Below, piece by piece: positions 25,261-38,130 of a DNA stretch of 64,000 nt. A program made the position numbers and the translations under genes. The notes below the pieces were generated by a model, which did no database searches, had not been told where the DNA came from, and was given only the letters and a program-made list of their open reading frames with translations. The stretch is taken from NCBI RefSeq assembly GCF_036321535.1, contig NC_087436.1, positions 29,390,001-29,454,000 on the forward strand, read 5' to 3'. Numbering within the stretch: the stretch's first letter is position 1; the number at the start of each line of letters is the position of its first letter. The DNA comes from Camelus dromedarius (lineage: Eukaryota).

Positions 25261-26285
25261 TTATGATCAATTATAATATACACATGCTTCAGTAATATGT
25301 TCCTAGTCTATTTTTATTTTTTGAGAAATGTCTCATTTCTTTACTATTAATTCCATATTACCATTAATAGCACTTGGATTAATTAAATGGGACTTCTAAA
25401 TAATGTCTATTTGTCATTGACAGCACCATAAAGTATATTACTATGTACTCTATCTTCCTATGGCTACATCAATCATGAATAGTGGCATTTTTCCTTATTA
25501 TTTTCATAGCAGATCCATTTCATAAAAGCATTTTTAATTAACCAAATTTATACAGAATGCCTCAATACAAAGAGCTAAGTAAAGACGCACATATTTAATC
25601 CACTTACTCTAAAGTAAGTCTCCAAAAAATATAAGAGGTAAGACAATCTCTATCTTCAGTGACATCAGCAATCCTGCCAAACTTTGAAGCATAATTGCCA
25701 AATGTTGTAAAATGTAGAATAAAGTTAAAGTAGTTGATGAAAATTGACATCCGGTTCTTCAAAATTGAGAACAGAGATTTTTCTAAATGCATATTTTTAT
25801 AATACTGAAAAGCCCCTGCAAGTGATCTTTTGATTAGTATGAAGATATCCAGAAGGAACAAAACCATTGATGAAACTGAGAATGCTCTTGCAGAGACAAT
25901 ATTCAACAGGCTGAAGTGGCAGGGGCTTAGCTGCTATTTTATTATCTACCGCCCAGTAAATGTTAGATGAGAAGCAGAGTGAAGCAGTAAGAGGCATCAG
26001 CATAAAGCACTGACCACTGACAGGCTTGTTAGCCATCACATCTTTCTGAATACTGTTGAAAATGAGGGGAAGACAGTCCTTCCAAGGCACATAAAACGCG
26101 GTTTTTTTAATGTGTGCTTAAAATTATCAAAAGCTAAAACTAACACATAAACCAAAAAATCTTAATTAAAGTTCATAAATCTGATTTACTCCTACCACAA
26201 ATGATATTCTGTTCACACAATTATTCATTAAACAGCTGACCACAATAAAAAAGCTATAATTACCACAAAGGAATAGCAGCATGCC

Positions 26286-26747
26286 TGTTACGTGTTTAGT
26301 TGTGTTCTTTGGTTAGATGTGTTCAAGTCCTCACCTCTAGGACTTCTGAATGTGACCTTATTTGGAAATAGGATCACTCAAATATAATTAGCAATGAGGA
26401 GGTCATCCTGAGTGGCATGGGCCTTAATCCAATATGACTGATGTCCTTGCAGGAGGAAAACGGCATGTGAAGACCCCAAGACACCAGGGGAGAGCGCCAT
26501 GTGATGATGGAGGCAGAGACTGAAGGGTTGTTGCTGCAAGCCGAGGAATGTCAGAGCTTGACAACCACCACCAGAAGCTAGTTGGAAAAAAGGAAAGATT
26601 CTCTTCTACAGTTCTCAGATGGAGCAGTGCTCTGAAGACACCTTTTTGCACTTCTAACCTCCAAAATTGTGAGAAAATAAATTTCTATTGCTTTTTAACC
26701 ACCTAGTTTGTAGTACTTAGTTACAGTAACACTAGGAGACAAATATA
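26286..26747 (+). mobile_element. MaLR solo LTR (MLT1C-like)
   Basis: gaatgtgaccttatttggaaatagg...gccatgtgatgatggaggcagagactg...ccaccagaagctag...tgtgagaaaataaatttctattg...ctaggagacaaatata. Confidence 0.88.
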
Positions 26748-27337
26748 GAACTTATGCAAAAAAAATTTTGTAAAATGAGGAAAGAATTAAAATACGAACA
26801 TATAAAGAATTAGCAACAGCTAATTGACATGAATTATACATCTGTATTTTCTCAAATAAATGCTCTTAAAAGAGGTATTTCCATGAACTGAAATAAATTC
26901 TAAAACAATAGAAATGTAAAAATATTTAAAATCAGATGAAGCCTACTTTCCCTGTTGGGGAAAATGAGAGAAGAAAGGAAAGAAAAATCAGTCACACTTG
27001 GTGAAGGCTGCTGCTTCTTGAGGAGTTGAGTGGAAGCTGCTTTAAAAGTTAGCCTTCATCTATGAGCCTGAACAGTACTTCTGCAATGACAGAAAGTCTT
27101 TAAGTTGTTTATTGCGGAAAACATCACTTACGGTTTTAACTACAGCTGATTAAACTACAAGCACTTTGGTAACATCATGGAAAAGGAAACAAAAAGATTT
27201 TTTTCTTCTTGAAACTCTGATTGGAGGATGTTCTAAAAATGGTGCCCTGGGCAAAAAAAACAGACCAGGCAGCACTAAATTGTCATGAACAGTATCACTA
27301 GAAGCCTGATTCTGAAAAAAAAAAAAGATAAAGGGTA

Positions 27338-27524
27338 GTAGTTAAACAAGATTATACTGTATAGCACAGGGAAATATATACAAGATCTTACGGTAGCTCA
27401 TGGAGGAAAAAAGGTGACAATGAATATATACATGCTCATGTATAACTGAAAAATTGTGCTCTACACTGGAATTTGACAGAACATTGTAAAATGATTATAA
27501 ATCAATAAAAAATGTTAAAAAAAA
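27338..27524 (+). mobile_element. Young 5'-truncated L1 3' UTR with TSD
   Basis: tactgtatagcacagggaaatatata...ctacactggaatttgacagaacattgtaaa...aataaaa plus A-tail. Exact direct repeat ataaagggta at 27328-27337 and 27525-27534. Confidence 0.88.
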
Positions 27525-29499
27525 ATAAAGGGTACTAGTGTAATCTTACCTTTTGAAATTAACTTAACCCTTAAGAAAAATATAAGAAACTATTTCTCAT
27601 TTACATATTTATTCATTTAAAAAAATTACTATGCTGTTATTCTCAAAGGTGTTATTTCCTAAACTAATCATCCCAAATGGGCGCAATGACGTGTTAGTCT
27701 GAAAATACTTATTAAAATAGCAATTAACTCTGCATAATTTTAGCAGTATTTAAACTGGTAATTAAAGATCTGTTGACTAGCTCTGGAAGTTCAGTGGTAG
27801 GTCAAGATTACAGTATTTGCTAAGCTTAATCGGGCCATTTTATAAGCCATCATATTTATACTTTGGGGAGTATTTACCTTATTCACATGTTGAATTAAAT
27901 GTTACTAAAGTCGTTAGCTATGTCAGTTAGTTTTTCAACTTGCTAATTGTCTGTAGTATCCTAATTAACATGTCTATAAAAATGTGTTGCTTTATTGCTT
28001 CCCCTTTAGAATTTAGAATGTTTTCCAATTAATAAAATTAAAGTGCTTTCCAAAAATTGAATATAATTAAGCTACTTATACATTTGATTTTAAATCTTGC
28101 TTAGCCATTTTTATAATTCTAGTTTGCATTATTTTTGAGAGTAGTCTTTTCATTGCTTCTGTATTTACTTGTTTTAATATTCAAAAGATTACCTTGTCCA
28201 TTAATTAATTCATTAATTAATTTACTCCCTTCACAATTGCTTATTGTACCTCTCCAATACTGCCAGTACTGTTTTAAGTACAGAGAATCATAAATAAACC
28301 CCACATAATTTCTTCTCTCAAAGAGCTCCGAGTCAGCTAAGTGCTAAATAAAGGCAAACACAAGTTATGTTATGATTTTGATTAAGGAAGATTACCTCAG
28401 AGGTAATTCTTGATCTGGACCTTGAAGGATGATTTAGAATTAGTTGGACTTAACGCAAATTACAGCATTTTTTATCATTTTGTGTAGTTTGGCATTGCTG
28501 GATATGGGATACAAATGAGATTATTCTGAGAGTTGAGAGCAAAAAGACACACAGGGCACTACAGGACATTTGGAGGTTATAGGCAGCCATCCAAGAACAT
28601 TCAGTAAGAAAATTTTGTTTAGACTCACAATTTAGCAATGTAACACTGGTCAATCAGTGCTACCGTAATTGAAGAAGTTGAAATTAGGATGATCATAATA
28701 ATTAGGGGGCTTATATTGTAGTTGCAACTCCAAAATAAACACACCGGAAATAGAGTAAAAAGTAGGTAATTAATGCAATAAACTTTTAGCAAGGAAATGG
28801 GGGAGTCGATAAGGATGACATGCACACCAATTTGGTATAATTGTAGAAATCGTAAGTAAATAAATAGATTTTGAGATGAATATATTATCAATGGTAATAG
28901 TACGAACACCAGCACTGCTTATAATATTAGCTAATGTTGATTTCTGACTATATGCTGGGCAATGTAATAACCATTGTATAGTACTTTGAAAATATGTATT
29001 ATTAAAGTTCACTAAAAACATACTCATCATCCCTGTAAATTTTTATGTTCATTTAGCAATTGTCTTGTAATAAATAAGTCACTGATCCTCAAACAATAAT
29101 TTGTTCTATTGATCTGTTAGTTGGGCTTATGAGGGCATTTTTAAGGTGGGCTTTATTTTCATTTAAAGTTGGTGAGTCAAGTTATTGTCACTCCTTATGA
29201 CTATAGCTATGGTGTAACTTTTTTTCAGTGAGCAATTGATGGGGTATAGAACATGTTTAAAGGTTAAAAAGTAAGTGTTGTTAAACAACATATTCATTAC
29301 AATATTGTATACGAAAAGAAAACGTACAGATGCGACAAAGTACAGCAGCATCTTCTTGGCCAGTGGAGAAATAAAAACCTTAAACAGCATAAAAGTATCA
29401 AAGCTTCACTGATAAAGGTGAAAAAGACTGAGAAAAGCGCACCTTAAAATTAATGATCACTGCCTCTAAGTAGTTCCCAGGGGTCATTCTCTATTTCCC

Positions 29500-31285
29500 T
29501 ATCCCAGTTACCCTCCACTCTTTCAGATAATAATTCTATACCTCTAATCTTTCTGCAGTTCTCTTTCCCATTCTCACTCTCGGGGGAATGGCCTTGCTTC
29601 ATATTTAACTGAGAAAAAAAATTATGTTCAATCAATCAGAAGAGAATTCCCACCACCTCCCACCACCACAGCTCCCCACCCACCCAGGTCTGGGTTCTCT
29701 CCAGTTTCTATGGGAGAATTTTATGTGCTCCTGGTACACATTTTTCACCCTCACTTACCTGCTCAGAGACCTTATTTTAGCTTTTCTCTTCTGTTACTCC
29801 ATTCTCTATGATTCTTGATCTCACAGATTATTCCTATGATCACAAAAATATTTCTATTTCCCACTAAAAATTAAAATCAGAAAAACTATCTCTTAAATTC
29901 CATTTATTTCTCGTAGGCTTTTTTTCTTTCTTTTGGGTAGAGCAAAATAACCTCAAAGGAACCATCTATGGTCAAAGTCTCCAGTTGTTCTCTTCTGATT
30001 TGCTGTTGCATCGTCGCCAAGCATTCTTTAAATTCTGAGCTTCCCTTAAGATGTCCTTTTCTATAGATGTCACAAAGTCCAGCTTTCAATTATTAGTCTA
30101 AATCAGTCTTGAATAACAGTTGTGTCCTCCTGGCTTTTGTTCTAAAATACAACATTCTTACTGTTTTCTTTGGATCGATTTTATTTTCTGTTTCCTTTGC
30201 AAAGCTTGACTGCTTATGTCCAGGCCTTGAAATTTTAGTGTCTCAAGGATCTACTTCTGAATCTTTTTTATCTACATTTACTTTCTTATTGTCCTCAACT
30301 CCTATCATGACTCCAAATACCATCTATGTAACAACTTCTCTTTTGGTCATTCATCTAACTGCCTAAATTTCATCTCCACTTGGTATCTAATAGACATTCC
30401 AAACTTTACCTGTTCAAAACCGAAGTCCTTAGACTGCCTTCTACCTCCATCCCTTACTCTGAATAAACAAAACTCTGCCTCTCACTCTCCTCTTCATTAA
30501 AGCCAACTCTCCTTCTGTTGCTTAAGCCAAACATGGGGATCATCATTGATTATTTTCCTTGTCTCATATCCAACATCCAATTCCTGTACAAGTTCTATAA
30601 GAACCTCCTCCAAAATATATTTAGAATCTGTTACTTTTTTCGAAGCTACCGCTTTATCCAAACAACTTTTCTCTCTTGCCTTTATTATTTAGTATCTCTT
30701 AACTTTTTAATGTTGCTTTTGCCTTTCTCCTGAAGTTGTTTTCAGGGAGCAGCCAGAGTGAGCCTGTTATAATTAGGACAGATCCTATCATTAGTTGATG
30801 AAAACTTTCTAAAAGTTTCCCATGTTCTCAGTGTAAAGGCAACATTCTTGCAAGGCTCTCCAAGGGTCTGCAGGATCCAGTCCTGAGGCTGTGTAAGTTG
30901 TTTTCTTGCTCTTCTTAAACACAGCACTTGTGCTTCTCGCTCGGGGCATGAGCACTTTGCTCTGCCTGAACATCTCTTGTCCAGAGTACGAGGTCCACTT
31001 CCTCATCCTTTAGTCCTTACGTAAACATGATTTTTGCAGTGAGGCTCTTTTGACAACCTTATAAGAGACTGAAATTTCTTCCATCCTCCAACACTCTCCA
31101 TCTATCTTCTCTGCTTAATTTTTCTTTCTCACATTTACTGCTATCTGATTCACTCTGTAATTTAGTTATTTAGTTATTTTTAAAATATTGATTGTCCTTC
31201 TTCGGAGGGCTGCTCTATACCTGGTATTTTGGTTAGTCTTCACATCAAGAACACTCAATATATATTTGTTAAAGAAATGGATGAC
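29500..31285 (+). mobile_element. Long L2 (L2a-like) relic
   Basis: ccttgcttcatatttaactgagaaaa, catctccacttggtatctaatagacattccaaactt, gcagccagagtgagcctgtt; ends cactcaatatatatttgttaaagaaatggatga. Confidence 0.85.
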
Positions 31286-31444
31286 GCAATCATACAACTT
31301 TTTCATAAATCACATTATCAAGTTTAATTCTGAAATCTGCCTTGTTGGCAAAGAAAAGAGAAACACAGGAAGGAGGAGGGAAGGATAAAAGAGAGAAAGC
31401 ACAAAGAAAAAAAAAATAGAAAAGAGAATAGGCCTTCATTACAG

Positions 31445-31810
31445 GGCTAACTCCAGTGTGATCTTTTCAAATGTTAACATAACATTACTCACCTTAAAAC
31501 CTTCACTTGCTTCCTAGGTTGCTTAGGATAAAATCCAAACGCAATCTCCTGGCTGGCAAAGTTATACAGAACGTGCCTCTACCATGTGTCGCTAGGGTTA
31601 AGCCGCCAGCCTTTTAAGTTTCACAGACACACTTATTTCCTCTGCTTACTCAAGTCCTTATCCTCCTGGGTCAACTTAAAGATCACCCCCTGAAAAAGGT
31701 CTTTCCTCCTGAGCCCTGTCACCTTGATATATTTCTATCAAATTTTCAAATTTTATCATATTTTAATTTATCATCTGTCATAATTGAGTAGAATCTGATC
31801 TCTAAGAGAA
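31445..31810 (+). mobile_element. L2 fragment
   Basis: ccagtgtgatcttttcaaatg...ccttaaaaccttcacttgcttcc...cttaggataaaatccaaac...tcaacttaaagatcacc. Confidence 0.6.
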
Positions 31811-34399
31811 TTAATTGCACCTATTAATGGCTGGACCCATTGGAGCTGGGAATTCACTGTAAGCAGTTACAAGAACCTAAGTCCTGAACCTACTTGAAGA
31901 AGACAGTCTGCCCATCAGCCCCCATCCCAGCTGTGTCCAACCGCATTGCTGATTTGAAGAAGCAGACGTACATTGCTGGATAGTAGAAAAAAAGAGATGA
32001 GCAGAGAGAGAAAACCTTGTTTTACTGCGAGAGTAAACATTTCTGGCCATAAATGCTGGTGTGCTAGAAATTTCACTTTCTTTATTCTCCAAAAATCAGC
32101 TATGATGCTTAACTGCTATTTTTGGTAAGAAAATGCATTCTTATTTCCTCCCACCTGACTTTAAAATGGCTGTTTGGAACATGACCTGTTTGTAAGTTAG
32201 AGGATTCCAATATTTAGTTTTCTACTTACAATAAAAGAAAACACCAGAAAGAGTTCCCCATTATTGCACCTTTAATTTTGATGTAAAGCATACAAGTCAT
32301 TGTGGCCTGGGAAAATCCAGACCCAGAGAATGACGAGCATTAAGGTGTGCTGATTATTATACTGCAGTTCCAGTGTCGACTGTTTGCAGCATAAATGGAA
32401 AATGAACACAATTCATGTGTATTCATGATAATTGCCTGAAAGAAACCAGCTCTGAGTTTATAAAGCTGATTCTGTTCACAGCAAAAATAATGATGAAGCA
32501 TTTTAGATACTCTATTTGTGCCTATTCCTTATAATACCAGTTATTTTAAAACTCAAGTGTTTTAGTATGTCTGGTATCTGCCTAAAAGCATACGGGAAAT
32601 TTCAGAAATATCAAATAATACCATATTTTCTGAATAAAAGAATTCTCTCATACAAAGCATTTACCATTCAGTACAGGAATACAAAAGAATTTTGAAATTT
32701 CAAATGGAAGTCTGTTTGAACTGGAAGAAAAAAAATCACACAAGTATATTTTTTCCTCAACAATAGTACAGTATAAATACACTCTGCTCTATATTTGGAT
32801 TCACTTAGATTGTAGTTTACTTTTTTCCTTTCAAGTTCAGTTTTTCCTTCATAACTACTCTAAGTTTTCTATGTTTAAAATGTTTAATTGTTTATTTTGA
32901 ACTGTTTTAAATGCATGATTTAATAACAGAACACTGAATCATGTAACAAAGATAGTGACCATGTTATGAAAGAATGTATTTTCTCATGAAGGAATGCTCT
33001 GAGGGAAAAAAGAAAAACATCCTAAGAGTATGAATTTGAGAGAGGATGTTGGTTGATGTTTGCTGCATCTATCTTCATGGTCACATATGGAAGTATCCAG
33101 TTTACAGACTAATACAGTTCCGCATGACATTTCCTAAGCCAGCTCTGAGAGAGGCTGCTCAGACTGGTTCTATCGTCTGCAGTTTGTAGGTTAGTCTATC
33201 CGAGGTCATAGGTTCAGACCTTCTTGCTGAGTTTATGGATTGTATGACATCACTTCCACCTATAATAAAAAATTCCAGGAGTGGGTCTGAATGCCAGCAT
33301 AACCCATTAGTCACAGTATTATATACTGCCTTTCTCATCTGCTCCGAGATGGCCCAGCACAGAAACCTTGATCTCATCCTAAATTTTATTCTGACTAATT
33401 ACTTTATTTTGTTGCAGGACTTTGCCCCTCAAACATTCATGAATCTCCTTCATTCCAGTGTAGTCCATTACCAACAGAGAGTATACATTCAAGGCACAGC
33501 AGCCACTGAAGGGTCAGTTATTTTCCAAACATTGCTTTTACCCAAAGACAAACATTACCCACTTCTAGAGTCCACCCACTCTTACTCATCCATTCTGTCA
33601 AGGACTGGGAGTTACTTCAACCTATGTCTCCCTGAATTGCAACACAATTCCAAATCCCTGCGCAAAAACTCAACAATTATGTTTGAAATAGTTACTTTTA
33701 TATCCTTTCTTTTATTGTCCATAGACTCCAGTTGCAATTACCAGCAAAAATGACAAGAAAGTCTCAGGTATGAGACTTTTTATCAAAAGGTGTCATATGC
33801 AACCTACCCTCTATTTTGTAAGTCAGATAAAGAGACATTTAGTCATTCAGTGAATTTCACTCTCAGTTGCGATTAATAAGAACTTTTAATGATTACATAA
33901 ACAGAAGGTGGGAGTTAATGGCCCCAGGATTGATTCAGTGGCTTAATGATGTCATCAAAGACTCAGGCATTTTTATTTTGAATACTCTCTCGTCCTCAGT
34001 ATAATGACTTTGAATCCATGACAAAAGAACAAAAGAAGCTGCTATGGAACAGAAATAATTAGAATTTTTGGAAAGAAAATACTATCAAAAGTTTAAATTA
34101 GATATGTAAGAATTGTGCCAGGAGGAGGAGGAGACATAAAGGAAAAAGAAGAGGAGAGCCCAGGAGTAGGGACGTGAATGCAGACGGGCACAGATGGGCC
34201 CGCTATGTGGTAAGGACCTGGTAGCTGAATGGAAGAGCTTCAGAGGATGAACTGTCTCTGAATGCACCAGCACCTTCATCTCCTTCTAAGTGATCAGCTA
34301 TGGAAACGCTGCCGTTCAACAGCTCTACATGCTAGCACCTCTCTGGCTGGGAGCAGGGAGTTGGGATGAGTTTTAGGCTTTAAGGAATACAAAGAGAAA

Positions 34400-35150
34400 T
34401 ACCCACTCCTAACTGAAGCGGGACTGAATCCAGACAGCTAGATGGAACTTCTTCTAAGGGATAGCGGTGAACTCACTGCCGGCATTACAGTTTAGCTACT
34501 GTACGGGTTATTGCTGTTTAGTAACTTTCTAGGTGAGATGTTGATGTTACCATTGTCACAGGCATAAAAATATCTTTACATCCATGATCATAATTGAAGA
34601 TGGATGTTTGGTTGCCACATCTATTAAGAGTAGAGATACTGACCTATTATGAATAGCAGGGAGAACATAGGGGACATACTTAAAATTAGAGAATCAGAAT
34701 CCTTAAAGGCATATACAGTGTGAAATTAGGTATAAGAGTGAGATCGTTGCTTTTCTACGATGTCTAATAATATCCACAGGAGATTGATCATGGAGGGTCC
34801 CCAAAGACTATGATGACAAAGGTAGTAACAAACCCGTCCTCACTTGAAGGTGGCAGTCTTATAAAATGGCTTCACTTATTGGGCAAGGCGGCCTCAACTT
34901 GGTTGATCTGCCCATTTTAATGAAGGATTCCTGCTCAGAATCCACCTGAGAAACGGATTCAATCCCAGATCACACACAGGGAAATAATTTTTCTCAGAAA
35001 CATTTTATCTGAGACTATCGCCAGGAAATGCTATCCAGTACTCAGTAATACACTTTTTGCATCATGGTAGATACCACATATCATTAAATCTAGGAACCTA
35101 AAAACCACAGAATCCAAGAACTGTTACTGTTCTGTGTTGACAGGCTCTCA
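34400..35150 (+). mobile_element. Possible highly decayed ERVL/MaLR internal (gag-like) relic
   Basis: GC raised relative to flanks. A + frame reads ...GGSLIKWL..., loosely like the ERVL gag 'SLLGWL' region. Many stops. Confidence 0.3.
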
Positions 35151-35239
35151 GGGATGCTCAGACTTGTGGTAACCCAATGTCCCACTTAGGCTGTTGACTA
35201 TCAGAGTAAATAACAACAACATATTTATGCCTCACTTTT

Positions 35240-35447
35240 TTCATTTAATACATATTCACTGGGCATCCACGTGTACTGTTTTGCTCTAGGAATGCAGCAG
35301 TAAACAAAACAGCAAACAGTATCTTTTCTCATGGAGCTTATATTCTAGTAAAGAAGACAGAGAAATAAACTCATAGAAAAAAGCTTAGTATATCCAAAAG
35401 TGAAAAGTGATGAATGATGGAAATAAATGAGGAAAAAGTGAAAGGGA

Positions 35448-35490
<43 letters not shown>

Positions 35491-36800
35491 TGTGTGTCTG
35501 TGTGTCTGTGTGCGTTCGTGCGTGCGCAGGGGCCACTGTTTTACATAAAGTCATTAGGGTAGGCCTCCCTTAAAGGTCATTTGAGCTGTTAATTGAAAGA
35601 TGATGCATAATTAGGCATATGACTCTCTGTTGAGACTGTGATTAAGCCAAAGAAAGGAGCAAATACAAAGACCTTATGATGGGAGCACGCCTGGCAGACT
35701 AGCGGTACGGAGAGGAGGTCACTGCAGGAGGTGATGACTGAACAGAAAGGACAGCATGAGATAGAACTAGAGAGAAGAACACTAAGATTAGGCAAGTCCT
35801 TGTAGGCACTGAGGGAAGTCTGGGTGGGATGTGAAACCACAGGAGGGTTTGAAGAAAAGTAGTGACATGTTCTGATTGACCATTTTAAATAGTCATTTTG
35901 ATTATTCTGGTTCTATTCTACGAATAGACTATCTGTTTGCAGGGGTAAAAGCAGGGAGACAATTTTTAAAGCTTTTACAATCATCTAGCTGAGAAATTAG
36001 ATTAGTATGGATGTGGGTGTTTCATGATAACTGTGAAGAGTGGTCAGATTCTGTGTATTTTTGCAGGAAATATGTACAGAGTATGATGATGGGTTGAATG
36101 TAAGAAAGGGAGGTATCAGATGCCTTCCAGGTTTTTGAACAGAGGATCCTGAATGGCATTTCTTTATTCAAAATTGAGAAAGAATGCAGGAACAGGTTTC
36201 TGGAAAAAGACTGCCACCTTCGCAGCTTAGATTTGGACACGTTTGCGATGCCTAATGTCCATATTCAAGTGGAGATGTTAAGTAAGTGGTTATACATTCA
36301 AGTCCAGAGTTTGGGGAAGTTTCCTGGGCTGGTGAAATAAATCAGGGTGTGATCAGCATACAGACTTAAAGCCACTGAAGTGAATGAGATCACTTAGAAA
36401 AAATGCAAAGAGAATTCCCAAGACTGAACTTTGGGACACTCACTTCTGCAGACCAGTGAAGAGAAGGAAGCAACAAAGGAAACTGAGGACTGGCCAGTGA
36501 GACAGGAAGGAACCAGGAGAACGTATTTGGAGAAGTCAATTACAGAGAATGTTTCAAGGAGAAGGACATGACAGATGTCTTAAATGCTACTTAAAGGTCA
36601 AGTAAAATGAAGACTAAAATTGACCACTGTATTTACCTGGAGAAAACTGGTCATCCTGAGAAGCAGCGTTTTTGTCCAGTCAAGATATGAAAGGCTCATT
36701 AAAATGGACCAAAAAGAGAATGGGAGAAGGGGAATTATAGACATTCACTATACACCACTTCTTCAAGGAATTCTGCTGTATCTAAGAAAGGAAAAAAATA
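35240..36800 (-). mobile_element. Long L2 relic
   Basis: ctcatggagcttatattctagt, ggagggtttgaagaaaagtagtgacatg, agtggtcagattctgtgtatttt, gatttggacacgtttgcgatgcct, caagtggagatgttaagtaag, gagaatgtttcaaggagaagg. Confidence 0.88.
35449..35528. repeat. (TG)n microsatellite with TC/CG interruptions
   Basis: Directly visible. Confidence 0.95.
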
Positions 36801-37159
36801 TGTGTGGAATCTTGAGGAACCTAATGGAATAAAGGTTAGGCTTCTTTGTAGAAAGAGTTACATATAAATCATAATGTAGGAACTTACATATTAAAATAAG
36901 TATAAAGACTTCATGGCATTTTTATCATATCTATTTCAGACACAAGAATAATTCAAATCAGAAGACTGGAAACTTTAAATGAGGAGGTAACCTCTGAGTA
37001 ATGTATTAATGTATAATGGAAGTCAGTCTTGAAATATATTCTGTATCTATCTGAAGTATATCACTGAAATGTAATGTCTTCTGTACTCTCAGTCTTTACA
37101 CATACACACACTCTTACACATAAAGTGTGCAATATTGTGATTTAAAAATATAGATAACT

Positions 37160-38130
37160 GGTCAGATAGCCAAAATGTATTTCTCATATATGTTGGTCTT
37201 TGCCCACAGTACCTAGTTCATAGCTTCTAAATCCCTTGGGATTTCCTGAGCGATGCAAGTATTTGCTGTCATAGTATTTGGTCTCTTGTCCTCAGTTTCA
37301 GAAGTCCCTTCAGAGCCATAAAAATGAAATGGGTTTCTTGTTACTCTTAACAAGCCCCTTTCCACCACAACTAGGTTTATGTTAATGGAGTGACTTCTGG
37401 AAAATACCTAAGGCTAGGAGCTAGTTGCCAGGTGAATCAACCTTGAATAAAGGGTTGGAACTTTCAGTCCCATACCCTGATTTCCAAGGAGGAGAAAGGA
37501 ACTTGGAGGTTGAATCAATGAACAGTGGTCAATAATTTAATTAATCACACCTATGTAATAGAAACCTAAAAAAAGGTGGGGTTCAGAAAGCTTCTGGGTT
37601 GTGAACACATGGAGGCTGGGGGAGAGTGGGTGCATGGAGAGAGCATGAAAGCTCCCTACTCTTTCCTGTGCCTTGTCCTGTGTATCTCTTCCACCTGGCT
37701 GTTCCTAAGTTACATCACTTAATAATAAACCAGTAATTCAGTAAATAAAACATTTATCTGGGTTCTGTGAGCAGCTCTAGCAAGTTAATTGAACCCATGA
37801 AAGAGGTCATTGGAGACTCTGATCTCTAACTAGTAGGTCAGAAGCACAGGTGACAACTGAGCTTGAGATTGGTAACTGAAGTGTGCCGGGAGGGTGGCGG
37901 AGGGGGCCAGTCTTTCAGGACTGAGCCCTTAGCCTGTGGGATATGACACTATCTCTGGGCAGATTCTGTCAGAACTGAATTGCATTGTAGGATACACAGC
38001 TGGAGTCATGGAGATCTGCTTGGTGTGGGGACCCCTCCCCCAACAAGATCAGAAGAGTCAGAAGTAAAGTGTTCTAGGCAAAAGTAAAGGAGAAACATAC
38101 AGGAAAAGGAGAACTACAGGTTCTTCTGAT
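37160..38130 (+). mobile_element. ERVL LTR, MER21-like
   Basis: ttggtctttgccc...aaatcccttgggatttcctgag...agggttggaactttcagtccc...ttaattaatcacacctatgtaat...ttctgtgagcagctctagcaagttaattgaaccc...gtcagaagcacaggtgacaac...ggactgagcccttagcctgtggga. Confidence 0.85.

Noticed and set aside
25604..25906. Minus-strand ORF ending at a GTAAGT donor (possible exon)
   Set aside because: The peptide is unrecognised, the acceptor is ambiguous, and equally good donors occur on the + strand within 40 bp, so there is no discriminating evidence.
33235..33753. Longest ORF (172 aa) as a protein-coding gene
   Set aside because: No recognisable domain, promoter context or coding-like composition. An ORF of this length can arise by chance in 64 kb.
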